Shown piece by piece: positions 53,601 to 64,000 of a DNA stretch of 64,000 nt. Below the pieces are notes generated by a model. The model searched no databases. It was given only the letters and a program-made list of their open reading frames with translations, and was not told the DNA's origin. How positions within the stretch are numbered: the stretch's first letter is position 1; each line of letters starts with the position of its first letter. Position numbers and translations under genes: made by a program. This DNA is from Ophelia neglecta (Eukaryota): NCBI GenBank assembly GCA_965285935.1, contig OZ260661.1, positions 71,796,001 through 71,860,000 on the forward strand. Direction: 5' to 3'.

Positions 53601-56456
53601 GTTAAATGATCACAGACACAATCAACATTCCAGCCTGACATACCTGTAGTAATCTTACCCAATTATGGCGGGGATGTAATTGGATCTATCTTAGCTTCTT
53701 TATAGTTATTTAAAATTAATTCAACCTTATACTCGAAAAATAAAGCGAGAAGGATTACTAAAACACAAAACAAATTCCCTAATACATTGACACAGTGTCG
53801 ACTGTTCTAGAAAAAGGACTATATAAACAAAGAAGTGGTTGTTTTTAAGTAAATAAAAGCTTATTCATCACAGATCACTTTTGACATCCTCTACCTACAG
53901 CTCAAGTCGAAAGGAAAATGGAACCATTGTTTAGTAATGTAACGTGCTGAGAAAACTATTTTGTTAATTTAACATTCTGAAAGCTAGGGAGTTTGACAAG
54001 AACTTAACCTGATGACCAATTTGCAGCTTTTAATCTCAATTGAAAAAGTGCATTCTAGTGCATTTACTTTAACATCATGATTGATTCAGACGTACAACTG
54101 TACAAGAAAGGGACAAAAATCTGTCAACTTGGATATGTGTCAAAAAAAGAACCGGGACGCAGCAAAGAGTCAGTCAGCCCGTTGAGAAGAAGGTTAGATG
54201 AAAACGGATGAAATTCGATCTCTAGAACACCACTAAAAAGCAAAGTGGTTAAATTTCAACGCGGTATTGGCTTGACAAGTACGTAAAATACAAAGCTAGT
54301 ACGAACTAGCTCGCTGAACATAACTGATAGCGCCCTGAGCGTCATCTACACCAGTGGTGATAATAAAAAGCAGCGGTCAGCCAGTCTTGGATATTGGCCC
54401 TAGAACCTGTTGTGAACCCCGTCAAGCCTGAGACCATACACATGGCCAAGGCACATGGCTTACAAGGTGTAGTTTTGTATCTGTCAGTGGTGTTACTGTG
54501 GTGTGCTACGGGTCGTCTCTTGCTTGTCAGATTGTTTTGGACAGTACAACATCTGCACTGTGTCTGCTTGACGTTCAAATAGACCAATTCTCGCCCAGCA
54601 ATGATAAAAAGGGTATAAAACTGCAGCCGCGAGACAAGGGAAGAAATTACCGAGGGCTACACAGCCACTTCGTCTGCAAATAATGATAGGGTTGAAATGA
54701 GACTGCGGCCCAAGTTGTGTTCAGTAAGTGTATATGCTTCATATATACACATGCATACACACAGCCTGGGGTATAGTTAACGACAGGGAATTGAAAAGGG
54801 ATGAGGGGGGAAATGTTAGCACGGGAGACAGCACATGTCTATATAAGGGACCCTTTCACCCCAATTTCACCAAAGTAATGGTAAAGCTGAAAATTGAAAA
54901 AATAAATAAAATATATACCAAGCATGGGTCCTTGGTAATAGGCTGTGGAATAGGCCCTTTATACCGATGTTTCCTATGGATGGGCAAATGGCATCTCACG
55001 TTCACATTGACCCACGGAGGGCACAACGGTATTGACTTTCACTACAATGCTTGGAATTAACTACAAATATCACTGGCATATTCAGCAGCATTTGTGAGCA
55101 AACATAAAATGTATATCTGTATATGAAAGATGGTGGTGGACAAGCAGGTGGATATTAGAGGGAGGGTCAGTGCTGACCAAGAATGGATAGTGGCTGTTAT
55201 CCGACTTCCTAAGCCAATAAAGTAGTAAATATATATTCTGTTTGAACACATCCACAGATTTATGAAATATTCAACGACTACACTGCAGTTGTCAGGCCAT
55301 AGCTTACGGCCTGTTTGTCCAGCGCTTCTTAAAATAAGGCTAGCTGGAATGCAAATACAGCATTGGTCTACACGGTGTCATGTGCCACCCTTAGGAACGC
55401 TAGGGTAAATGAAACGCATTCTTCCCCACACACCTAGACACATATTATGTTAGTGTTTATATGATAGGCGACCCGTGCGGTAAACCGACCTGATCTTTAG
55501 TGGGTGACATTTTCTACGATAATATCATGGTTATGTTGCTTGTTTATTTTCACAGTTGGTCTTTAAAATCTGTACCAAACGGCCTTCTTTCCAGCAAGGT
55601 GAGCTCATTTGATCCTAAAACGCTATACGTGAATTTGACAAATAATACCTGGATTTAGCAGAATGACCTTGTTTTTACAAATTAAAGGATATAGCCTATA
55701 TTCCTATGCCTGACGTATAGATGTATAGAACAATGTACGTCTATACGAAACTGTTTGTGAATAATTCATCCTATTCTTTTCTATTCAAGCCCTACCCCCC
55801 ATTAAAGTGCTTTGATAAAGCCTGTGCCGGATCTCCGAAATGTCTGAACTGAATAGGATAGTATAGAACAATGAAACCAATGGAAAGAAAGATATTTTAG
55901 TCTGTGGAAGTAGGTTGCTGTCGCTTCAGGAGGCGGCTAATCTACATCAGTTCTATTGCCACTTAGGCGGACATAGGCTGAATGGCGAACGACAACAAGG
56001 CGTATTGAAGGCCATACCCCTACACCTGCGTCGCACTCAACACGATTTGGAGAGACTCTCAATTCAATTTTCACTGCATGATATTTCCAAAATCACCCTA
56101 TTTGATGTAGCTTGTTGTAATTCATCAACAGAAGCACTAAGCAAAGGTTGAACCTTTCACACCAGTAATTCGCCACTCCATCCACAACACCATTACTAAT
56201 GCATTAGGTTATCCATGACAGTGGTTAACAACGGCCACTGATCTGTCAAGGATGTCGGCCGCTGATTCCATCATCGATTGAGACAGAGATAAGCGTGTTT
56301 AAGCTAGGTGAGTTAAGGTGTGTCAATAAAGGTATAAAAGTGTTACCCACCTGACCGATGTCTCCGTGAATATCCCAACAGAACAACGGACTGCAAAATA
56401 AAAATATCCAATAAAAACGAATGCCACACGAATCGCCTCATTTTCAAGGCTCCCAT
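11669..56456 (-). CDS. Secreted three-Ig-domain protein (Lachesin/Amalgam/IgLON/DIP-like) with an acidic C-terminal tail
   Basis: Exons (- strand, all GT-AG, phases consistent): 56456-56351 (signal peptide MGALKMRRFVWHSFLLDIFILQSVVLLGYS), 31953-31799 (VAVGDTAVLHC), 15874-15637 (IDWVR...LIIRRAKKKDAGIFRC), 15420-15260 (VTLWCNATGYPSPVVYWTR), 14702-14588 (LRVEKATEGDTGIYAC), 14381-14179 (LMCETRGSPKPLPKIRWYRDG), 14016-13878 (FQGNYTCVGSN). The last coding exon is either 13019-12814 (440 aa product) or 12003-11669 (483 aa product). Three complete C-W-C Ig folds are present. The first exon is inferred from its signal peptide and phase-1 donor. Confidence 0.85.
12798..13019 (-). CDS. Acidic-tail exon A of the Ig gene (stop at 12816-12814, followed by a splice donor at 12797)
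   Basis: Acceptor ctcatttcttag|TT is phase 1 and encodes VPESLVPSRDTDFYSPEYTEDYTSDLDESDDYSS...PLP*. A consensus donor CAG|gtaagg lies 16 nt past the stop. Confidence 0.7.
13247..13319. repeat. 26-bp tandem repeat, ~3 copies
   Basis: TGTGATGTTACTACTGTACGTA(G/T)GCT repeated. Confidence 0.8.
20597..20661. repeat. 65-nt inverted repeat (24-bp stem, 17-nt loop)
   Basis: TTATTCAGTCTGAGCCTCGATCTT pairs with AAGATCGAGGCTCAGACGGAATAA at 23 of 24 positions. Confidence 0.85.
22264..22502. mobile_element. Degenerate MITE-like element
   Basis: The right end C-run...CTAATTGTGCGTCCCTAA is the reverse complement of the motif AGGGACGTACCATTAG+G-run seen independently at 37322. The left end TAAGGACG...TATTAGAAAA...GGGGGG is a decayed copy. 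Confidence 0.45.
23125..23398. repeat. GC-rich minisatellite, 45-bp unit, ~6 copies
   Basis: Unit CGCCCGCCGGTGGCC(T/G)GGTCAGGGGTCGCGCAGCCGCCCC(C/A)TCCA. It explains the repetitive ORFs on both strands. Confidence 0.95.
29061..29424. mobile_element. ~365-bp degenerate fold-back (palindromic MITE-like) element
   Basis: The inner arms CATCTTATCTATCTGGGTCAAAACCAACGCTGGGCTAAATTCC... and ...GGAATTTAGCCCGGCGCTGCTTTTGACCCAGATAGATAGGATG are reverse complements. Weaker complementarity extends outward to AGGG...CCCT ends. Confidence 0.8.
31165..31613. mobile_element. MITE-like element with poly-G/poly-C terminal inverted repeats
   Basis: Left end CCATGGGGGGGGATTCTCACATTT matches right end ATATGTGAGTATCCCCCCCCCCCCTCCCGGG as a reverse complement. 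Internal AAAxACCC-type subrepeats are present. Confidence 0.6.
32755..33200. repeat. Degenerate 17-bp minisatellite
   Basis: Unit CTTACCACAGTTTACTC / CTTACCACAGCTTGCCC repeated roughly 25 times. It produces the two 174-aa pseudo-ORFs. Confidence 0.9.
44215..44770. repeat. 38-39-bp minisatellite with a 116-bp higher-order period
   Basis: Unit AACAGAGGTTCCCGAATGTGTGGGGCGTGGGTGCTTTAA. The variant GTGACTAC recurs at 44414, 44530 and 44646. Confidence 0.92.
47780..48136. mobile_element. Decayed TIR element with internal ACCACCGCCTACCATT-type tandem repeats
   Basis: The ends AGCTCAGCTAGTAA...CAAGTGACTCTTGGAACACCGC and GCGATGGTGCAAGTGCCAGTTG...TTACCAAGCTGAGCT are imperfect inverted repeats. The interior is about ten degenerate copies of a ~20-bp motif. 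Confidence 0.55.
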
Positions 56457-57060
56457 TTATCCATAATCATTTGTATCCAAAAGCAGCATCAGAAGCAAGC
56501 CTGTTAGTTTTGCACAAGGGTCGGCCTGATGAACGTATCCTCTGAAATCCGAAGACACGGAATGTATCACACTATTTGCGAATCTCTTTCCCGAGATGCG
56601 TATCAGGGAAGGGCGAAGGACCCACAGACTCCTTGAATCAACCTGCGACTTCTGCCGAGACTCGCGATTAGCGCCGACCACTACTGGCAGGCTGCTCGGT
56701 GTAGTGCGAGGGGACTGGGATTGACGCAGGCCGCGTGTGCTGCTGGCTTATTTAGCTCCGCTTGGCAGCGTTTTCTCCACTTGATTGCCCTCGCACAACG
56801 GTAGCTGTGTGATGGTTGGAGAAGAGCGGGGGAGAGAATCGTCCTCTTCCGGCATACGAGAGGACCAGGACCGGGGAGCTGGTCTTCATCAGGAGCCAGC
56901 CGCCGAAACAATACCGTACCACGCGCTATCTACAGGCCTTTGAGAGGCAAGATTAAAGATTCCCCGTGCAGCTAATTACTCGACCCATAAGGGGATTAGT
57001 TGAGCAGAGTAGACGGATTAGTGGGCGATTGAATGAGTCTGTACGCGCCGTCCTTCGCAT
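56457..57060 (-). promoter_or_regulatory. GC/CpG-enriched 5'UTR and promoter region of the Ig gene
   Basis: Locally GC- and CpG-rich stretch directly upstream of the signal-peptide exon, in an otherwise AT-rich background. The TSS cannot be determined. Confidence 0.5.
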
Positions 57061-60000
57061 GTGGTAGTCTCGTGCTGGTCATATAGTGTCCAAGGTGCTC
57101 AGGATTCAACCTAAATTGCTTATTTTCTTACATTACAGCGTATGTAAGCTATAATTATAGGGCATGGATCCGTTCCCTTTCTGTTGAAAGTGGGGCAGTC
57201 TGAAAGCATCAGGCGTTATTAATTTGGCCATAGGGGCATCAACCATTGTCTAATGTAAGCCACATGATTTCCCCCCGGGCTACTTTCACGATTAAGACAT
57301 TGGCATTGGTTGTCCTTGATAAAAAATTATTATGTCTGACATGTTATTTCTTAGCATGCCTCGGTAAATGGGCGCAGAGAATTATTTTCCACTTAAGTCA
57401 AGGACGACTGGACTTATTGCCTTTCTAGTTCTTTCAATCTTAATTAAAAGCAGTCTAGCCTCCACTTGGAATGCTCCACTAATCAAATCCGTGTTTTTAC
57501 CATCAAGCTTTTAAGTAAAACCGTTTATCATTGTCGGGTAGTTCAGTCGTCTGACGGTGTTCTGCAGTTTGGTGAGCAACTAATAATAATATTTTACTAA
57601 AAAAATAACATTTAGATAATAGAGCCTAATATCATTATTAATCAGTTATATTGACAACACATAGACACTATTCGACTGTTATGAGGTATGCTACCCCGCT
57701 CCCCGACAGTGTTTTACATTTTGATAAGGTTATCAGGCCCAGAACCAACAGATTAATAGATCGAACGCCATAGATAGTTTTTAAAATCATTCTTCATCGC
57801 GCACATGAACCATTCGATTAAATCAAAAGTTAACGTATTGCCCCTTCGATCAAGTACGTACCGAATATTATTAGTTCAGTAGAACCCATCCCTCGAAAAC
57901 CATTTGCTTCTATTGACATATCGTGATTTTGATAATTTTACTTCCCGCCATTTACGAAATTGATTTTGTCATTTCGATTTGAAATTCGATCAAACTGAAG
58001 GTTGCGAGAATATTGGATGGCACTCGCTAGAAAACTGGATTTGAAATGCCGTGCTCGAAAAAACACCCAAAGGTATATCGAAGGAGACATATGATAATGT
58101 CCCAAGAAATCTGGCGTTTCTTAGAAAAGTAGCTAAGACCGATGATACCAATAGGGCGCCCTAAATGCTTGGCCGACAGTCTCGTACACAATTCAAATCA
58201 CCTGTACCAACAAAGAGCGGAAATAGGGAAAAAGTAGTATCAGCGTGCTGTTTCTATGGCTGTATATGGAGACATCTCTCCCTTGCAGAGCAACAAACTA
58301 CTTCCCCTGGCCTGTTACCAAATCGAGACGTGGATATCTCCGTCTCATTCATATCTTGTGTATGGACGTAGATAGTGTTATTAAATATCGAAAGGGGCAC
58401 ATGATAATGTCCCGATAAAAGGATGGTAATTTCTTTTTGAAAGGGTATACGATTTTAGTAGATTTTGATAATTATAAAAGGTTTTTGCATGCATACGCAA
58501 AGATACCTACATCTAGCTATATATATATTATTCATATAAGCCTATTTTTGGTCCTTCAGAAATACGGGCAACATCATTTATATATGGCTGTTTGGTGTAC
58601 TTCTAACTTTCGGGTGGTTTTGCCGCCGGTTTTTTGTGCGCACGATGTTTTACCTGGCGGATGCACTCATTGGATCGATGAGGCGGTATTTTCCTACGTC
58701 ATATCCTCCCGGTCAGTAATGGCCTATGACGCGTGACCTATGGTCTGAATGACAAAACAACAAGCTGGGCACCCTGTGCACTGTGCAGTGAGTGACCTGT
58801 ATACATACAGTCAGCATTGATCAGTACGCAAAATTTTGCAATCCTCTGTGAACAATGCGAATAATTTAGCACAGAGTCACGGGGAGGGGTTAGGGTGTTG
58901 CTTATGCGAGAACCGCCATAGGCATATACCGCCGTAGTGTATAATCATTATCCAAAAATATATTTCATTATTTGACAAACCATTTCTTTAATGCATTTAA
59001 ATACCTCTTTCGGGAAAATCTGTTTGTTTCCACTTTGTTTGTAGATAATTCTTAGTTGGTTAAATGTGGTTGTTGTAGTATCAATTTATTATGTTTAATA
59101 TTGTTCTATTTCCTTTCTTATGTACTGTTTATATTTGTGTAGAATTCTTATCGCACTTTATAAGCGACTGAAGTGAAACATTCATTTTGTGTGTAAGTAC
59201 ACCAAGCCGCGGATATGTTGACGCACCCTCCATTATGAGTTCGCGCAGCCGCCTTTGTAAGTTCGCGCACCATTAGAATGGACCGACGGCAACTTTAAAT
59301 CTTAGGTACTGTAAAATAAACTGCCAGAATCACTATAATCAGCTAGCATTTGATACATCTATCTCTCTTCTCTAAGCTTCAATTTCAAACAAACAAGCTT
59401 AATTTAAAGGTTCTAGCGAAAATCTGATTTGAACGAAAACCCTTCTTCAAAACGAACAAGAGTAGGCTAGGTAACATGTCATAATCATACTTTTAATCAA
59501 TTTCAAACGTGGACTGAAGGATAAACTCTTTTATTCTTAGCAAGCTTTGACATCTATATTCAGCTTTAAAACAAAATAGCATGTAAACAATTTTTTACCA
59601 ATGCCTCATAAGCCTACCCGAAAATGATCAAATAATTAGAGGATCATTAATTGCTCTCAATCCCCCCAAAACCGACAATAAATAAGTGCTATGTTATAAA
59701 TAACATGAAAACACATCTCCTGCGCGAATAAGCAAGGTAGGCGAACTTACACGGATTCGCCCTACTAGCCGGTATTTTCAACTGATAAGTTCACACTATC
59801 TCCAAGAAACGGATAGGAATGAACCAACTGACAAACATGAATGAAGAATATAGCTTTTATTCATTTTGGACAAAAAAAAAGTAATGAGTACTTTGCAAAT
59901 ATCAAATGCAAAACTAAAACGATGTATCAAACAATCATGTATATAGGCCTCTCTAAATACAGATACATAATTTATTATTACATTATCAACTGTTAAGAGC

Positions 60001-60697
60001 CAAAGAGGCCTGCCTGAAAAAGGCTTCTCTAATAATAATAGTACCATTAAATATGTAGTAAGTTTGTTTAGAAGGTGGGTTAAGTACGCAGATATGACAA
60101 TTATGGAAATAAATGAACTATTAAAGCCCTGCATTGGCCCCCAGATAATACATCGTGCAGAAGATGAACTAAATTGATGATCTTTCTTTTAAAAAATCTT
60201 AAAATATAGAGGCGCTTGAGGTGTATTGATTAGGTCAATAACTTTTAAATTGTTTGGCTTCATATAAAATACTATAGATTTTTTTTTAAAGTGGCAGGAG
60301 CAGAGTTAGCTGATAAGACACTACTTTTCCACAGATCACTTCTTTAAGTATCTATGGCGCATAACACAAATCTACAAGTATAAATGACTATCACATTGCA
60401 TGACTCAAATATATGTTCTTCCGACATTTTTCGGTATAGTCTGCATATACTTATGATAAAGTGTTCGATGAATAAAGGCCTTTTATAAATATCATAAATA
60501 ATAATGACAACATATCTATGCCAATAAATATATCTATAAATTACTGGCCTAAAAACAAATAGATGTAAAACAAATAAATTTTAGAACCAGGTAATACTGT
60601 AGAGAGTTAGGTTTGCGTCACCTACAGAATTCATTGTAAAGTTCATTTGAATGTTTTCAATGAGATATATTTCCTACACTGAATTAACGTCTTAATA

Positions 60698-63600
60698 TTA
60701 AAGTCCATTAGAAGCAGCCTCGTTTTCACGTCCGTTACTTACGGGCCGTTTTTCACATTGGTTCTCTGTATACATATTCACAGTGCTGGTATGAACCTGA
60801 GCTTCTACTTTCTCAGAGCTGAAAAGAAAATGAACAACAGTTACTGTAGTATGTACGATACAAGATACTGCTTTAATTGTTTACAAAATTCACTAGCTCT
60901 TATTTGAAATGACATTTGCTGTGAATAATATTTGCCTTTCCCCATCTTGAGTATTGGATCTAATGTAAAACTTTGGGGGGGGGGGGGGGGTAATTACCGT
61001 GAAACACGTGCCTTGTTTTTCCTCTTATTGACGACGCAAACAACAACGACGACCGCCAGAATTATGATAATGAAGAGTATGGTAATGCCGACGATGAGAA
61101 GAATATTACTGCTGCAGTCTCCAACTGGAATAAACCCAATGCCTGATTTTATACATAAAAAGAAGTAAACATAACTATTTAGAATAATATTCCATGCTGT
61201 CTACAGATAATTTAATAAAAATTTATATGCGTAGCGCGCCACACAAAAAGCAGTTTCTGTTTCCTCACTGGTAAGTGTTCTCCAGGAGTCGGATGAGGGG
61301 TCACAGACTTGACAATGGTCGATCGGGTTTGATTGGTCTTTGGAGTAACACCTGCCATTGATTAAACAATTGTCCGGCTGGAAAGAAAACAATAGCAGAA
61401 ATAAGTTACATACGTGTGAAGCCTTTTATTTTATGAAGTCTAATTATTCCACGATTTCAATGGGAAATCAAACCCTTGTTTTGAGGTGTTGGTTAATTGG
61501 GCAAATATCTTCCATAAGATGATTCAATATATACACAAATAATTGAACATAGAATGATAGTCATATACAATTTGTTTAGCGATATGCCTTTGGCATGATT
61601 TATGGCACATATGATTTTGATGCTTTTATAAAAACATTTTTATACAAACGATATCAGAAATCAGACATTAAGATACAATGAGTATACGTTCTATTCCAAC
61701 CTTTCTGACGCATCTATCAGGGTCAATTGAGCAATCGAAGCAAACGGTGTCATGTGGTATATATAGCATCCCATCACTGTATCTTTCGCCATCATTACTA
61801 ACACTGACGTAATATCCGGTTCCTTCAATGGTTCCTTCGGTACTGTCAGGAAGTGGGCAAATTACTTGTTGAAAGCTATAATAGAGTGCTTCTACATTAA
61901 TGGCATCGAGGCCATCCTCAACAATTCCACCTTCTGTGATCTTAAGAGAAAAAAAAAAGAAATATATATCAATTATAAAGATAAAAGATATTGTATAGAA
62001 TGGCTTTTCTAGAATTTGTCCACATGGGGGGTGGACGGCAGCCGATTTTGTCTGCTGGACGGGGGAGGGGGGGGGGGGGGTTATTGGACATCCTATGTCC
62101 GGAGGAAGGTGGGTCTCATGGATGCCGTTTTTCCGGGGGAGGGTGGAGGACGGTGGGTGCTGGGACAAAAAAAGAGTCCAAGGGTCCGAGGCATCATTGT
62201 TTTCAAACAGAATACTTTACTGCCAATCTACGGGAATATCACGACTAAATGTTTACTTTACTTTAAACCAGCAATGTCACCAGCCTTTAACACTTGTCAC
62301 ATAAAAGCCGTTGACGTTGGCCACTTCGACCTAGTTGTACGGAAGTTAAATTTCCAGGAGCTACAACTACCAGCTAAGAACCTCTTGCCCTGCACGTGAT
62401 CGGACGCAGAAGTCTATTGCCATTTCCATTAATTCAGGTCTGAATAACCTTGCAACATATTGCCTATTGAGAAAAATACTGTTCAAGTCCAATGGTGACT
62501 TGACTGGTATAAGGCCGAAGTAATCTAAAGCAGAAAAACTTCTTACAATTACTTCTCATTTTAAAACGAGTTGTGGAGATTTTATGAAAATTATCCGTAT
62601 GATGGGGGTTGAAATCTTTAAAATAGCTTGTGTACGGGGTTGGGGGGGGGGGTAAATTAGTAATATGTGTCCGGGGGTTGGGAATGTCATTTTTAGCGAG
62701 TCCGGACAGTTTGGGTCCAAAAATAAAATGCCGGCAACCCCAAACCAAACCCCATGCGGGTTTTTTTCTGGTAAAGCCCTAATACAAAAATATATTGTTT
62801 GTTGCACATTATGGGGGAAAATGTACTGCCATGGATTCTTGGATTATGATACGTTCCTTATCATATTAAGACCTACTGCAACAACCAATGTTATGTATAT
62901 TTTAAATAAAGTGCTTGAATTTACTGTTGCCATCAGTTAGATATCAAAAGACTACTAAAAGCTATCATGACTACCACAGGGCCTTTTAAAACTGAAATCT
63001 CCCATATAGAGTCACTATATACTATATAAAGTTATTTTTATATAGTATATAGTGACTCTATATGGGAGATTTCAGTTTTAAAAGCCCCTGTGATGACTAC
63101 TACGAAGTTTAATTGTCAATTACATGTTGTCTAACTTTCTTAGAGTATCTTATTCTCTCCACCTGCATACCTTAACTGGTTCCAAATGACAGGTTAGCTT
63201 ATCAGTGTCCACAAACTCAGACCCCAAAACAACAATTTTGTTACAGTCTAGTAATCTTTTCGGACACAGGCCCTGATCGGCTAAGAATGTATCATTGGGA
63301 GCATTCAGTGTAAGAGAACAGTCGTCTCCCAGGTAGCCTCCCGAGCACTCGCAAACACCTGGTGGCAGATAAAGAAACAATACATATAAACTTGTAAAAA
63401 AGCACCCTCATGTCTTCAACATAACTTTTATCTTGTGGTGAAATGGGGGAGGCTTAATATATTGTTGCGAGTAAATACTGGGGAGGCTCACCATTGAGAC
63501 ATCGTCCATTAGCACTGCAGTCCGCCGGACAGAGAACCCTCATGAGGCGCTCCGTGCGCAGTCGACCCACAGCTGTGTTACTACTGTTCACGTCAACCTC

Positions 63601-64000
63601 AACCAAAAACCTGCACTGCTCCTGGAGGTACTGCTTAGTGGCCTCCATCCAGTCCGTACTACCCGACGCCTGAAAGCAAGGCTTTAAATCAACTTAAATG
63701 GGCTCTTACGACAATTTTCATTATATTAGATAACTAATATAAATGCGTATGATTGTATCAAGGCTTTGAAGGAGAGACTGGCAATAGACAATTTATGTTA
63801 AAATTGTGAAATGATAAAAATAGGATTTCTTCAACACTACCAATGTTTCTAATTGCGATTTTAAAATTGTTGGATGCACAATGTTGCTGAGAACACCCAT
63901 GAATAGCAAGTATGTCATAGAAATAATTATGATTCCGGCTACTGACCAGGATGTCTTCCACGCACGAGTCGACTTCCGACTCGGCATCAAACTGGTGAAG
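60698..64000 (-). CDS. VWD and EGF domain-containing (VWDE-like) single-pass membrane protein, paralogue B; 5'-partial (continues beyond window)
   Basis: Exons (- strand): >64000-63947 (SEVDSCVEDIL), 63669-63492 (ASGSTDWMEA...CPADCSANGRCLNG), 63358-63171 (VCECSGGYLGDDCS), 61940-61701 (YYVSVSNDG...YIPHDTVCFDC), 61377-61269 (PDNCLINGRCY...CQVCDPS), 61124-60998 (TM ILLIVGITILFIIIILAVVVVVCVV-NKRK), 60818-60698 (tail ending ASNGL*). Cys spacing and the exon sizes 178/188/109 nt are the same as in paralogue A. Confidence 0.88.
62975..63092. mobile_element. 118-bp palindromic MITE with 8-bp target-site duplication (hAT- or P-superfamily type)
   Basis: 56-bp inverted arms (CACAGGGCCTTTTAAAACTGAAATCTCCC...; one mismatch) around a 6-bp spacer. 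ATGACTAC is repeated directly on both sides (62967-62974 and 63093-63100). Confidence 0.9.

Noticed and set aside
58075-58415. ~30-bp imperfect direct repeat (ATATCGAA...ATGATAATGTCCC) about 315 bp apart
   Set aside because: Too short and degenerate to define an element; probably part of a decayed repeat.

Overview
AT-rich, intron-rich eukaryotic DNA, most likely from an invertebrate animal; the species cannot be fixed from sequence alone. Three spliced genes can be assembled by hand with consistent exon phases. (1) The 3' part of a VWD/EGF-domain (VWDE-like) type-I membrane protein on + (12 exons, 145-9923). (2) A complete secreted three-Ig-domain protein of the Lachesin/Amalgam/IgLON type on - (ATG 56456 to stop 12814 or 11669), with 24.4-kb and 15.9-kb introns and two candidate acidic C-terminal exons. 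(3) The 3' part of a second VWDE-like paralogue on - (7 exons, 60698 to beyond 64000), which converges on the first and has nearly the same exon structure. The most unusual element is a decayed L1/Tx1-type retrotransposon in the last intron of gene 1. Its ORF1 (RRM-like region plus zinc knuckles) is fused to a NADAR (YbiA-like) hydrolase domain, and it appears to have inserted as a twin-primed 5' inversion between target-site duplications. The introns also carry MITEs/palindromes and minisatellites. Most ORFs in the supplied track are spurious.
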